Shown piece after piece: positions 19,630 to 27,927 of a stretch of DNA of 64,000 nt. The notes beneath the pieces are model-generated. The model worked only from the letters and a program-made list of their open reading frames with translations, did no database searches and was not told the origin of the DNA. Position numbers and translations under genes: made by a program. Each line of letters begins with the position of its first letter. Position 1 is the first letter of the stretch. Source of the stretch: an uncultured Gemmatimonadales bacterium (GTDB taxonomy: Bacteria > Gemmatimonadota > Gemmatimonadetes > Gemmatimonadales > Gemmatimonadaceae); the NCBI GenBank assembly GCA_963851265.1, contig CAWKNZ010000006.1:96001-160000 (forward strand), read 5' to 3'.

Positions 19630-21027
19630 ATGTTCCGCCGCATCGACGCGCGCGCCCGTGCGCATACCCGCGCGTCCCCTCCTTCGTCCGGCGCGTCGCC
19701 GCCCCCGCCTGCCATGTCGAGCGACGCCGAGCGCGCCTCCGGCGAGCCGCCGGGCGACGAGTTGCCGCGCGAGGAGTTGCCGCGCGACGAGCGGGCCGTC
19801 ACGGGCACGTACCCGACCGTGCCCGACCCGGATCTCGTCCCCGATCCGACGCGCCGCGACCGCCGCGCGAGCGACGGCGCGCTCCGGCGTGCGGCCGAAC
19901 GCCGCCTCGCGGCCGTCGTCGAGGGCATGTCCGAAGCGTTCCTCTCGCTCGACACCAACTGGCGGGTCACGTATGCCAACCGCGCGGCGTGCCTTCTGAA
20001 CGGGACCACGCGCGCCGCCCTCCTCGGCCGCGACCACTGGGAGCTGTGGCCCGAAACCCTCGGCAGCCAGGTCGAGCGCGAGTACCGCCGCGTCGCCGTC
20101 GAACACGTGCCCGCACGCTTCGACCACTTCTACCCGCGCGCCGCGGTGTGGCACGCCATCCAGGTCTACCCCGCCGAAGGCGGCGGCCTGGCCGTGTTCT
20201 ACCGCGACATCACCGCCGAGCGCGCCTCGATCATCGAACGAGAGCGCCTGCTCGCCGAGAGCGAGCGCGCACGCGCCGACGCGGAGGCGGCGCGCGCCGA
20301 GGCCGAAGCCGCGAACCGGGCCAAGGCGCAGTTCCTGGCGACCATGAGTCACGAACTTCGCACCCCGCTCAACGCGATCGGCGGTTACGCGGAGTTGATG
20401 GAGATAGGCATCCGCGGACCCGTGAGCGACGAGCAGCGCCACGACCTCGCCCGCATCCAGGCGAGCCAGCGGCACCTCCTCGGCCTCATCCGCGAGGTGC
20501 TCGACTACGCGAAGATCGAGACGGGATCGGTGCGCTACGAGATCGCCGAAGTCGGCGTGCGCGATGCGCTCACGGCCGCCGAAGCGCTCGTCGTCCCGCA
20601 GGTCCGGGCGAAGGCGCTCGCGCTCGCCGTCCGCGCGTGCACGCCCGACGTCGCGGTGCGCGCCGACGCCGAGAAGCTGCGCCAGATCCTCGTCAACCTG
20701 CTCTCCAACGCCGTGAAATTCACGGACGCCGGCGGGCGCATCGAGCTGACCTGTGCGCGCGACGCCGGCCGCGTGCGCCTCACCGTGCGTGACACTGGCA
20801 TCGGCATCCCGGCCGACAAGCTCGAAGCCGTGTTCGAGCCGTTCGTACAGGTGCGCACCGACCTCACCCGCGCCGCGGACGGCACCGGACTCGGCCTCGC
20901 CATCAGCCGCGACCTCGCGCGCGGCATGGGCGGCGACCTCGCCGTCGAGAGCACGCTCGGCGTCGGGTCGGCGTTCACCCTCTCGCTTCGAGCCGTCGCG
21001 GGACCGGCGTGCGACGCGCCGGAGTGA
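19630..21027 (+). CDS. PAS-domain sensor histidine kinase (start uncertain, 19630 or 19714)
   Basis: PAS (EAFLSLDTNWRVTYAN); MSHELRTPLNAI H-box; NLLSNAVKFT; DTGIGI; GTGLGLAIS. Confidence 0.9.
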   Translation: MFRRIDARARAHTRASPPSSGASPPPPAMSSDAERASGEPPGDELPREELPRDERAVTGTYPTVPDPDLVPDPTRRDRRASDGALRRAAERRLAAVVEGMSEAFLSLDTNWRVTYANRAACLLNGTTRAALLGRDHWELWPETLGSQVEREYRRVAVEHVPARFDHFYPRAAVWHAIQVYPAEGGGLAVFYRDITAERASIIERERLLAESERARADAEAARAEAEAANRAKAQFLATMSHELRTPLNAIGGYAELMEIGIRGPVSDEQRHDLARIQASQRHLLGLIREVLDYAKIETGSVRYEIAEVGVRDALTAAEALVVPQVRAKALALAVRACTPDVAVRADAEKLRQILVNLLSNAVKFTDAGGRIELTCARDAGRVRLTVRDTGIGIPADKLEAVFEPFVQVRTDLTRAADGTGLGLAISRDLARGMGGDLAVESTLGVGSAFTLSLRAVAGPACDAPE

Positions 21028-21056
21028 CCGCCCGGCGTTCGCCGGTCCTCCTAACG

Positions 21057-22207
21057 ATGCCCCCCAACTCGCGTCGCGACTTCCTGCAGCATCTCGCCAT
21101 CGGCGTCGGGTGTACCGCAGCCGGCCTCATCGCCCCCGGACGTCGCGCGGCGTCCGAGCCGCGCCAGCCGCGCGAACCGGGGGGATCGGCGAGCCGCGCG
21201 ATCCGCGCGGCGCGACCATCGCGGGCCGGACGTACACCAACCCCGTCTACGCCGGCTCGATGCCCGACCCCGGCGTGCTGCGGCACGACGGCGTCTACTA
21301 CGCGTTCGGCACCACCGGCGCCGAACGCACGCCCGACGGCCGCGTCTTCACCGTGCTCCGCTCGCCCGACCTCGTGACGTGGGAGCCCCTGGGTGGTGCG
21401 CTGCTCCCGCCCAGCGCGGACGCGCGATACGAGTATTGGGCGCCGGAGGCGGCCGCACACGACGGGCGCTTTTACCTCTACTACGCGATGGGCGGCGTCG
21501 AAGAATTGCACTTCGAGCTGCGCGTCGCGACGAGCGAACGCCCCGAGGGCCCGTACACCGACACGGGCACGCCGCTGCTCGACTGCGACCGCAATCGCTT
21601 CACCATCGACCCGCACCCGTTTCGCGACGTCGACGGGCAGTGGTACCTGTTCTACGCCCGCGACTACCCCAACACCGACGGCGGCGCGCTGCCCGGCACC
21701 GGGCTGGCCGTCGACCGACTCGTCGGCATGACGCGCCTCGCGGGCGAGTGCCGCACCGTGTTGCGCGCGCACTATCCGTGGACGCTGTACGAGGCCAACC
21801 GCCGCATGAACGTGTACGGCCGGACGTTCGACTGGCACACCATCGAGGGTCCGTGGGTGCAGCGGCACCGCGGCCGGTACTACTGCTTCTACAGCGGCTC
21901 CAACTATCAGACGGCGCGCTACGGGGTCGACTACGCCGTCGCCGAACACGTGACGGGGCCGTACACGGGGCAGGGGCGTGGAGCGCGAGTGCTCCACGCG
22001 GTGCCCGGCCACGTGCGCGGGCCCGGCCACCACTCGATCGTCGAGGGTCCCGACGGGCGCGACTACATCGTGTACCACGCGTGGAATGAGGCGATGACGG
22101 TGCGCCAGCTCTGCGTCGACCCGCTGGACTGGACCCCGGACGGACCGCGTTGCGCGGGACCGACCTACACGCCGCAGCCCGCGCCGGCCGCACGACGACG
22201 CGCGTGA
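21057..22207 (+). CDS. Glycoside hydrolase family 43 with a Tat signal; frameshifted near 21180
   Basis: Tat motif SRRDFL lies in the frame starting at 21057. The GH43 domain (YTNPV..MPDP, YWAPE, IDPHPF, IEGP, GPGHHS, YHAW) lies in a different frame. Confidence 0.82.
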
Positions 22208-22290
22208 CGGTGGGCCTGGGTCGGGGTCGCTAGACTACGGGGGTGCCGCCGGCGGGTGCCGGCCGGCCGATCGCCTCCTCGCCCATCCCG

Positions 22291-22917
22291 GTGTCCTCCG
22301 ACGCGTCCGCGCTCCGCTCCGTGCTCCGAACCGGCACGCGCGAACTCCACGAGCGCACCGAGACCGCCTTCGTCCTCGGCGCTGCGGATCTGACGCGCGC
22401 CGAGTACGAGGCGGTCATCGGACACCTCGCCATCCGGTACGCGGCGGCCGAAGCCGCGCTCGCGCCGTGGACCGACGCGCTCGCCGCGTACGGCCTCGAT
22501 CTCGGTGTGCGGCGGAAGGCGCCGCTCCTCCGACGCGACGTGGCGGCGCTCGGCGCCGACCTGCCGCCTGCGGAAATCGCGGCGCAGAGCGTCCCAACCC
22601 TCGCGCACGCGTTCGGCACACTCTACGTGCTCGAAGGCGCGACGCTCGGCGGCCAGCTTCTGCGCCGCCGCGTCGAGTCGACGCTCGGGCTCACGCCCGC
22701 GACGGGGCTCGCGTTCCTCACCGCGTACGGTCCGAAGGTGGGCGCCATGTGGCGTGCGTTCGTCGACTCGCTCGACCGGTTCGACGCCGCGCTCGGGGCG
22801 GGCAGCCGCGTAGCGGCGCACGCCGACGCGCTCGCGGGAGCGCAGGCGGCCTTTCTGGCGTTCGAGCAGGAGGTGGTCACGCCGACTGCCCGCCGCCCCG
22901 CCGGCGCCCTCGCCTGA
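22291..22917 (+). CDS. bphO: Biliverdin-producing heme oxygenase (BphO-like)
   Basis: LRTGTRELHERTE (proximal His), RRKAPLLRRD, GTLYVLEGATLGG, W..F; lies directly upstream of the phytochrome. Confidence 0.85.
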   Translation: MSSDASALRSVLRTGTRELHERTETAFVLGAADLTRAEYEAVIGHLAIRYAAAEAALAPWTDALAAYGLDLGVRRKAPLLRRDVAALGADLPPAEIAAQSVPTLAHAFGTLYVLEGATLGGQLLRRRVESTLGLTPATGLAFLTAYGPKVGAMWRAFVDSLDRFDAALGAGSRVAAHADALAGAQAAFLAFEQEVVTPTARRPAGALA

Positions 22918-22930
22918 CCACCGCACGCGC

Positions 22931-25258
22931 ATGACGTTGACCGTCCCGCCCGCCACGACGCCCGAGCACCTTCCGCACCACACCCCGGTTGATCTCGCGG
23001 CATGCGACCGCGAGCCGCTCCACATCATCGGTGGGGTGCAGCCACACGGCGCGTTGCTCGTCGTGGACGAGGGCGACGGGTGCCGCGTCGTGCAGGCCAG
23101 CGCCAACGCCGCGGCCACGCTCGGCCGCGCGGGCGAGACCGCGGACGTCGTGCTCGGCGCGCCACTGGCCGAACTCGTCGGCCGCGAGCACGCCGCGGCG
23201 CTCGCCGCCGCGGGCGCGGACGCCGCGCGTGACGACGCCGGGCGGGTGTACCACCCGGTCGCCCTCGATGTCGCGGGGCGCGCGTTCGAGGTCGTCGTGC
23301 ACCAGGGCCCGGCCGGCCTCCTGCTCGAGCTGGAGCCGGCACCCGCCGCGGATGCCGTCCTCGGCGCGACCGCGTTCCACGCCACCATCCGCCGCACCAT
23401 GGCCGCGGTCTCGCGCGGGACGAGCGTGCGCGCCGCCGCCGCCGCCGTGGCCGACGAGATCCGCCGCGTCACCGGCTTCAACCGCGTCTGGGTCTATCGC
23501 TTCCACGACGACTGGCACGGCGAGATCATCGCCGAGTCGCGCGACGCGCACGTCGAGGAGTCGTGGCTCGACCTGCACTATCCGGCGAGCGACATCCCCG
23601 CGCAGGCCCGTGACCTCTTCGCCCGACACTGGCTGCGCCTCATCGTCGACGTGCACGCCGACCCCGCACCGCTGCTCCCGGCGCGCACGCCGGGTACCGG
23701 CGCGCCGCTCGACCTCAGCGACTGCGTGCTGCGCGCCGTGAGTCCCGTGCACCTGGAGTACCTGCGCAACATGGGCGTGCGCGCGTCGATGAGCGTGTCG
23801 CTCGTGCGCGACGGGCGCCTCTGGGGATTGGTGTCGTGCCATCACTACGACGGCCCGCGCCAGGTGCCCTACGACGTGCGCGCCGCCTGCGAGCTCCTGG
23901 GGCAGGCATTCTCGACGCAACTCGGTCTGCTCGAAGAGGCGGAGGACCGCGACCTCGCGCTCCGCCTCGCCGCGGTGCGCACGACGCTCCTCGAGCGCAT
24001 CGCCGCCGAGCGCGACGTCGTCGACGGGCTGCTCGCCAACCCCGCGCTCCTCCTCGAGCTCGCCGGGGCGGAAGGCGCGGCCGTGTGTTTCGCCGATGCG
24101 GAGTGCGCGACCGTCGGACGCACGCCGCCTGCAGCCTTCGTGGGCGCGCTCGCCGCCTGGCTCACCGCGCACGGCCACGACACGTTCGCCACCGACGCGC
24201 TGGGCGTCGCGTACCCGCCCGCCGTGGAGCACGCCGACGTGGCGAGCGGCGTGCTGGCGGTGGCGCTGAGCCGGGTGCGGCCGTATCACGTGCTCTGGTT
24301 CCGGCCGCAGACCGCGCAGACCGTGCGCTGGGGCGGCGACCCGGGCGAGAAGCCCGTCCGGGTCGGCGCGGACGGCGTCGCTCGCCTGACGCCGCGCGGC
24401 TCGTTCGCGGCGTGGGAGGAGGAGGTGCGCGGGCGGTCGCGTCCGTGGCGCCGTGCGGAGGTCGACGCGGCGCGCGCCCTGCGCGGCACCGTCGTCGACG
24501 CTCTCATCACGCGCGCCGACGAGCTGGCCGCGCTCAACCGCGCGCTCGAACAGAGCAACCGCGAACTCGACGATTTCGCCTACGTCGCGTCGCACGACCT
24601 CAAGGAGCCCCTCCGCGGCATCCACAACTACGCCGCGATGGTCAGCGAGGACTACGTCGGCGCGCCGCTCGACGCGAGCGGCGTGGCGCGGCTCGACACC
24701 ATCCGGCGCCTCACGAAGCGGCTCGACGGCCTCATCGACTCGCTCCTCGACCACTCGCGTGTCAACCGGCTCGCGCTCGAGGTCGTCGAGGTCGACGCCC
24801 AGGAAGCGCTCGAGGATGCGCTCGACCGGCTCTCGGCGTCCATCGCCGAGCGCAACGCCGTCGTGCGCGTGCCGCGCCGCCTCCCGACGGTGCGCGCCGA
24901 CCGCGAGCGGGTCGTCGAGGTGCTCGCCAACCTCGTCTCGAACGCCGTGAAGTACGGCGGCGAAACGCCCGAGGTCGAGGTCGGGTATCTCGACGCGCCG
25001 CCGGGCAGCGCGGTCGCGCCGCCGACGTTCTACGTGCGCGACCGCGGCATCGGTATCGAGCCGCGCCACCACGCGGCCGTGTTCCGCCTCTTCAAGCGAC
25101 TGCACCCGCGCGACGCGTACGGCGGCGGCTCGGGCGCAGGGCTCACGATCGTCCAGAAAGTGATCGAGCGGCATGGGGGCCGCATCTGGCTCGAGAGTAC
25201 GCCGGGGCAGGGGACCACGTTCTTCTTCACCCTCGGCGAGTCCGACTTGAGCGCCTGA
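22931..25258 (+). CDS. bphP: Bacteriophytochrome (PAS-GAF-PHY-HisKA-HATPase)
   Basis: N-terminal Cys25 in CDREPLHIIGGVQPHG; RVWVYRF; HYPASDIPAQAR; SPVHLEYLRNMGV; LWGLVSCHH; WFR, WGG and PRGSF; SHDLKEPLR. Confidence 0.96.
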   Translation: MTLTVPPATTPEHLPHHTPVDLAACDREPLHIIGGVQPHGALLVVDEGDGCRVVQASANAAATLGRAGETADVVLGAPLAELVGREHAAALAAAGADAARDDAGRVYHPVALDVAGRAFEVVVHQGPAGLLLELEPAPAADAVLGATAFHATIRRTMAAVSRGTSVRAAAAAVADEIRRVTGFNRVWVYRFHDDWHGEIIAESRDAHVEESWLDLHYPASDIPAQARDLFARHWLRLIVDVHADPAPLLPARTPGTGAPLDLSDCVLRAVSPVHLEYLRNMGVRASMSVSLVRDGRLWGLVSCHHYDGPRQVPYDVRAACELLGQAFSTQLGLLEEAEDRDLALRLAAVRTTLLERIAAERDVVDGLLANPALLLELAGAEGAAVCFADAECATVGRTPPAAFVGALAAWLTAHGHDTFATDALGVAYPPAVEHADVASGVLAVALSRVRPYHVLWFRPQTAQTVRWGGDPGEKPVRVGADGVARLTPRGSFAAWEEEVRGRSRPWRRAEVDAARALRGTVVDALITRADELAALNRALEQSNRELDDFAYVASHDLKEPLRGIHNYAAMVSEDYVGAPLDASGVARLDTIRRLTKRLDGLIDSLLDHSRVNRLALEVVEVDAQEALEDALDRLSASIAERNAVVRVPRRLPTVRADRERVVEVLANLVSNAVKYGGETPEVEVGYLDAPPGSAVAPPTFYVRDRGIGIEPRHHAAVFRLFKRLHPRDAYGGGSGAGLTIVQKVIERHGGRIWLESTPGQGTTFFFTLGESDLSA

Positions 25259-25260
25259 CC

Positions 25261-25731
25261 GTGTCCCCAACAATCGCCAACGACGCCCCGCCGCTCCTCG
25301 TCGTCGAGGACAGCGAGGAGGACTACACCGCGCTCCGCTGGGCGCTACGCAAGGTCGGGATCGACCGCCGGGTGCTGCGCTGCGCGAGTGGCGTCGAGGT
25401 GCTCGATTACCTGCGCCATACTGGCGCATACGCCGGCGAACGTGCGGCGTACGCGCCTGTCCCCGCCCTCATCCTCCTCGACCTGAACCTCGGCGCCGAC
25501 AACGGGCGTGACGTGCTCGCCGCCCTCAAGGCCGACGCGGCGCTGCGCCGCATCCCGGTGGTCGTGTGGACCACGTCCGCGCACCCCGACGACGTCGCCC
25601 AGTGCTACGAACGCGGCGCGAGCGGCTACGCGACCAAGCCGGTCGACGTCGACCAGCTCGTCGAATCGCTGCGGAACGTCACGCGCTACTGGTTCGGGTG
25701 CGTGATCCTGCCCTCGCACGCGCACCCGTGA
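25261..25731 (+). CDS. Single-domain response regulator (Rcp1/BphR-like)
   Basis: LLVVEDSEED, LILLDLNL, IPVVVWTTS, GASGYATKP, C-terminal YWF; starts 2 bp after bphP. Confidence 0.9.
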   Translation: MSPTIANDAPPLLVVEDSEEDYTALRWALRKVGIDRRVLRCASGVEVLDYLRHTGAYAGERAAYAPVPALILLDLNLGADNGRDVLAALKADAALRRIPVVVWTTSAHPDDVAQCYERGASGYATKPVDVDQLVESLRNVTRYWFGCVILPSHAHP

Positions 25732-27515
25732 CCAGGTCCGACGCGTCACGCACCGTGCTCGTCGTCGACGACTCGCCGGAGGACGCCGAGATCGTCCGCC
25801 GCCATCTCCGTCGGGCCACCGATCGCGCGTACGTCGTCCGGCACGTGCAACTCGCCGCGGACGCGCTCGCCGCCATCCGTGACACCGCCACCCGGCCGGA
25901 CGTCGTCCTGCTCGACCACAGCCTGCCCGACATGACGGGGCTCGAGCTGCTCGACCTGCTCGCGGGCGAACCGGGGGGTACGCCGGTACCGGTCGTCATG
26001 CTCACGGGCACCCACGCCCAGGTCGACACCGCCGTGTCGGCCATGCAGCGTGGGGCGCTCGACTACCTGGCGAAGGACGCGCTCAACGCCGACGCGCTGC
26101 GGCGCGCGATCGACGGCGCGCTCGACCGCTTTGCGAGTTCCCGCCTCGTGGCGTCGCAGCGCGACGAACTCGAGCGCCGCCACCGCGCGCTCGACGCGGC
26201 CACGGCGCGCACCTCGCGCCTGCTCGCCATCGTCACCGCCCTCGGCGGTGCCCTCACGCCCGACGACGTCGCACAGACGATCCTCGACGAGGTGATGCCG
26301 GCCGTGGGTGCCATGATGGGGATGATGGTCCTCGTCCGCGCCCCTGCCGACCCCGCAGGGGACGGCGAACGCGCGTCGTCGCCGACGCTGGAACTCGTGC
26401 GGAGCGTGGGCCTGCCCGCTGACGCGCGGGACCTCTGGCGCCGCATCGCGCGCGACGCCGACCTGCCGCTGACACACGCCGTCCGGACCGGCGAGCCCGT
26501 CTGGGTGGCTTCGGTCGCCGACGCCGTCCCGGGCTCCGACGCGGTCGCCGGCCTCCGCGCGGCGGTCGGCTACCGTGCCGCGGCCGTGCTGCCGCTCCTC
26601 GTCGAGGACCGGGCCGTGGGCGCGGTCGCGCTCGGCTTCCCCGAGGTGCGCGCGTTCGGCGCACAGGAGCAGGCGTTCCTGCTCACCGTCGCGCGGCAGT
26701 GCGCGCAGGCGCTGGAGCGCGCGCGCCTCTACGCGGCCGAACACGCCGCGCGCGCGGAAGCAGAGGCCGCACGCGCCGACGCCGAGCGCGCCAACCGCGC
26801 CAAGGCGCAGTTCCTCGCCGCGATGAGCCACGAGCTGCGCACACCGCTCAACGCGATCGCCGGCTACGCGGAGCTCATGGAGATGGGCATCCGCGGCCCG
26901 GTCACGGCCGAGCAGCGCGAGGACCTCGCGCGGGTGCGGCGCGCGGGGCAACACCTCCAGTCGCTCATCAACGACATCCTCAACCACGCCCGACTCGAAG
27001 CCGGCACCGTGCGCTACGACCTGCAGACCGTGCTGCTCGACGAGGTCGTCGCAGACGTCGAGGCGCTCGTGTCACCGCAGCTCCGCGCGCGAGCCCTCAC
27101 CTTCTCGCACGACGGCTGCGCCACCGACACGCCCGAACGCCCGCACGCCGTGCGCGCCGACGGCGAGAAGGTCCGGCAGGTGCTGCTCAACCTGATGACC
27201 AACGCGATCAAGTTCACCGCGCCCGGCGGCCGCATCGAACTCGCGTGCGCGATCGATCGCGGGGCGGACGGGCGCCCGACGGTCGTCCGCCTGCGGGTGA
27301 GCGACACCGGGCGCGGCATCGCGTCGGGCGCGCTCACCCAGATCTTCGAGCCCTTCGTGCAGGTGGACCGACACCGCACGCACGAGAGTCAGCAGGGCGT
27401 GGGGCTCGGCCTCGCCATCAGCCGCGACCTGGCGCGCGGCATGGGCGGCGACCTCACGGCCGAGAGCACGCCCGGCGTGGGGTCCGCGTTCACGCTCACC
27501 CTGCCCTCCGCCTAA
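25728..27515 (+). CDS. Hybrid REC-GAF-histidine kinase
   Basis: VLVVDDS...VLLDHSLPDMTG receiver; GAF domain; MSHELRTPLNAI; NAIKFT; GVGLGLAIS; GTGA overlap with the upstream regulator. Confidence 0.9.
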   Translation: MTRSDASRTVLVVDDSPEDAEIVRRHLRRATDRAYVVRHVQLAADALAAIRDTATRPDVVLLDHSLPDMTGLELLDLLAGEPGGTPVPVVMLTGTHAQVDTAVSAMQRGALDYLAKDALNADALRRAIDGALDRFASSRLVASQRDELERRHRALDAATARTSRLLAIVTALGGALTPDDVAQTILDEVMPAVGAMMGMMVLVRAPADPAGDGERASSPTLELVRSVGLPADARDLWRRIARDADLPLTHAVRTGEPVWVASVADAVPGSDAVAGLRAAVGYRAAAVLPLLVEDRAVGAVALGFPEVRAFGAQEQAFLLTVARQCAQALERARLYAAEHAARAEAEAARADAERANRAKAQFLAAMSHELRTPLNAIAGYAELMEMGIRGPVTAEQREDLARVRRAGQHLQSLINDILNHARLEAGTVRYDLQTVLLDEVVADVEALVSPQLRARALTFSHDGCATDTPERPHAVRADGEKVRQVLLNLMTNAIKFTAPGGRIELACAIDRGADGRPTVVRLRVSDTGRGIASGALTQIFEPFVQVDRHRTHESQQGVGLGLAISRDLARGMGGDLTAESTPGVGSAFTLTLPSA

Positions 27516-27542
27516 CGATCGGCGGCGTCGGGCCGGGCCGCG

Positions 27543-27797
27543 TCACGCCGGCGACGCGGCCGCCCCCGGGGCGCGCTTGCCGCGGCTGAACAGGTCCGCC
27601 AGGATGAAGAACGTCGGCGCCCACAGCCCGATGAAGATCCCGAACCGCTCGGCGTGCGCGCGTTCGACTTCGGTGTCGCCGCGCGCGGCCGCCCACGTCG
27701 CGACGGAGCCGACGATCGACGCCGCGCCGAACACGACGCACGCGGTGCTGAGCTGTTCGAGGGGGGTGCGGGCCGGGACCAGGGACGACGAGGTCAT
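27543..27797 (-). CDS. Small two-TM hypothetical membrane protein
   Basis: 84 aa; two hydrophobic segments; AERFGIFIGLWAPTF motif; normal codon usage. Confidence 0.65.
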   Translation of the reverse strand: MTSSSLVPARTPLEQLSTACVVFGAASIVGSVATWAAARGDTEVERAHAERFGIFIGLWAPTFFILADLFSRGKRAPGAAASPA

Positions 27798-27927
27798 GCG
27801 GACTTCCGGGTTCGAGGATGGCGGCGCGCCGGACGTCCGCGCGCACGCCGGCAAAGCGTGCCCGGACCGCGTTCGTTCCCGACCGCCGCCCGCCCCGGGC
27901 GTGCGCGCCGCCGCCCCGCGCCGGACG

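Noticed and set aside
16434..20475. Apparent extended or fused ORFs for hmuV (623 aa), hmuU (638 aa) and hmuT (691 aa); likewise 27928-32064, 48196-51186 and 48463-51540
   Set aside because: The N-terminal extensions overlap neighbouring genes and carry no domain signal. The real starts are internal.
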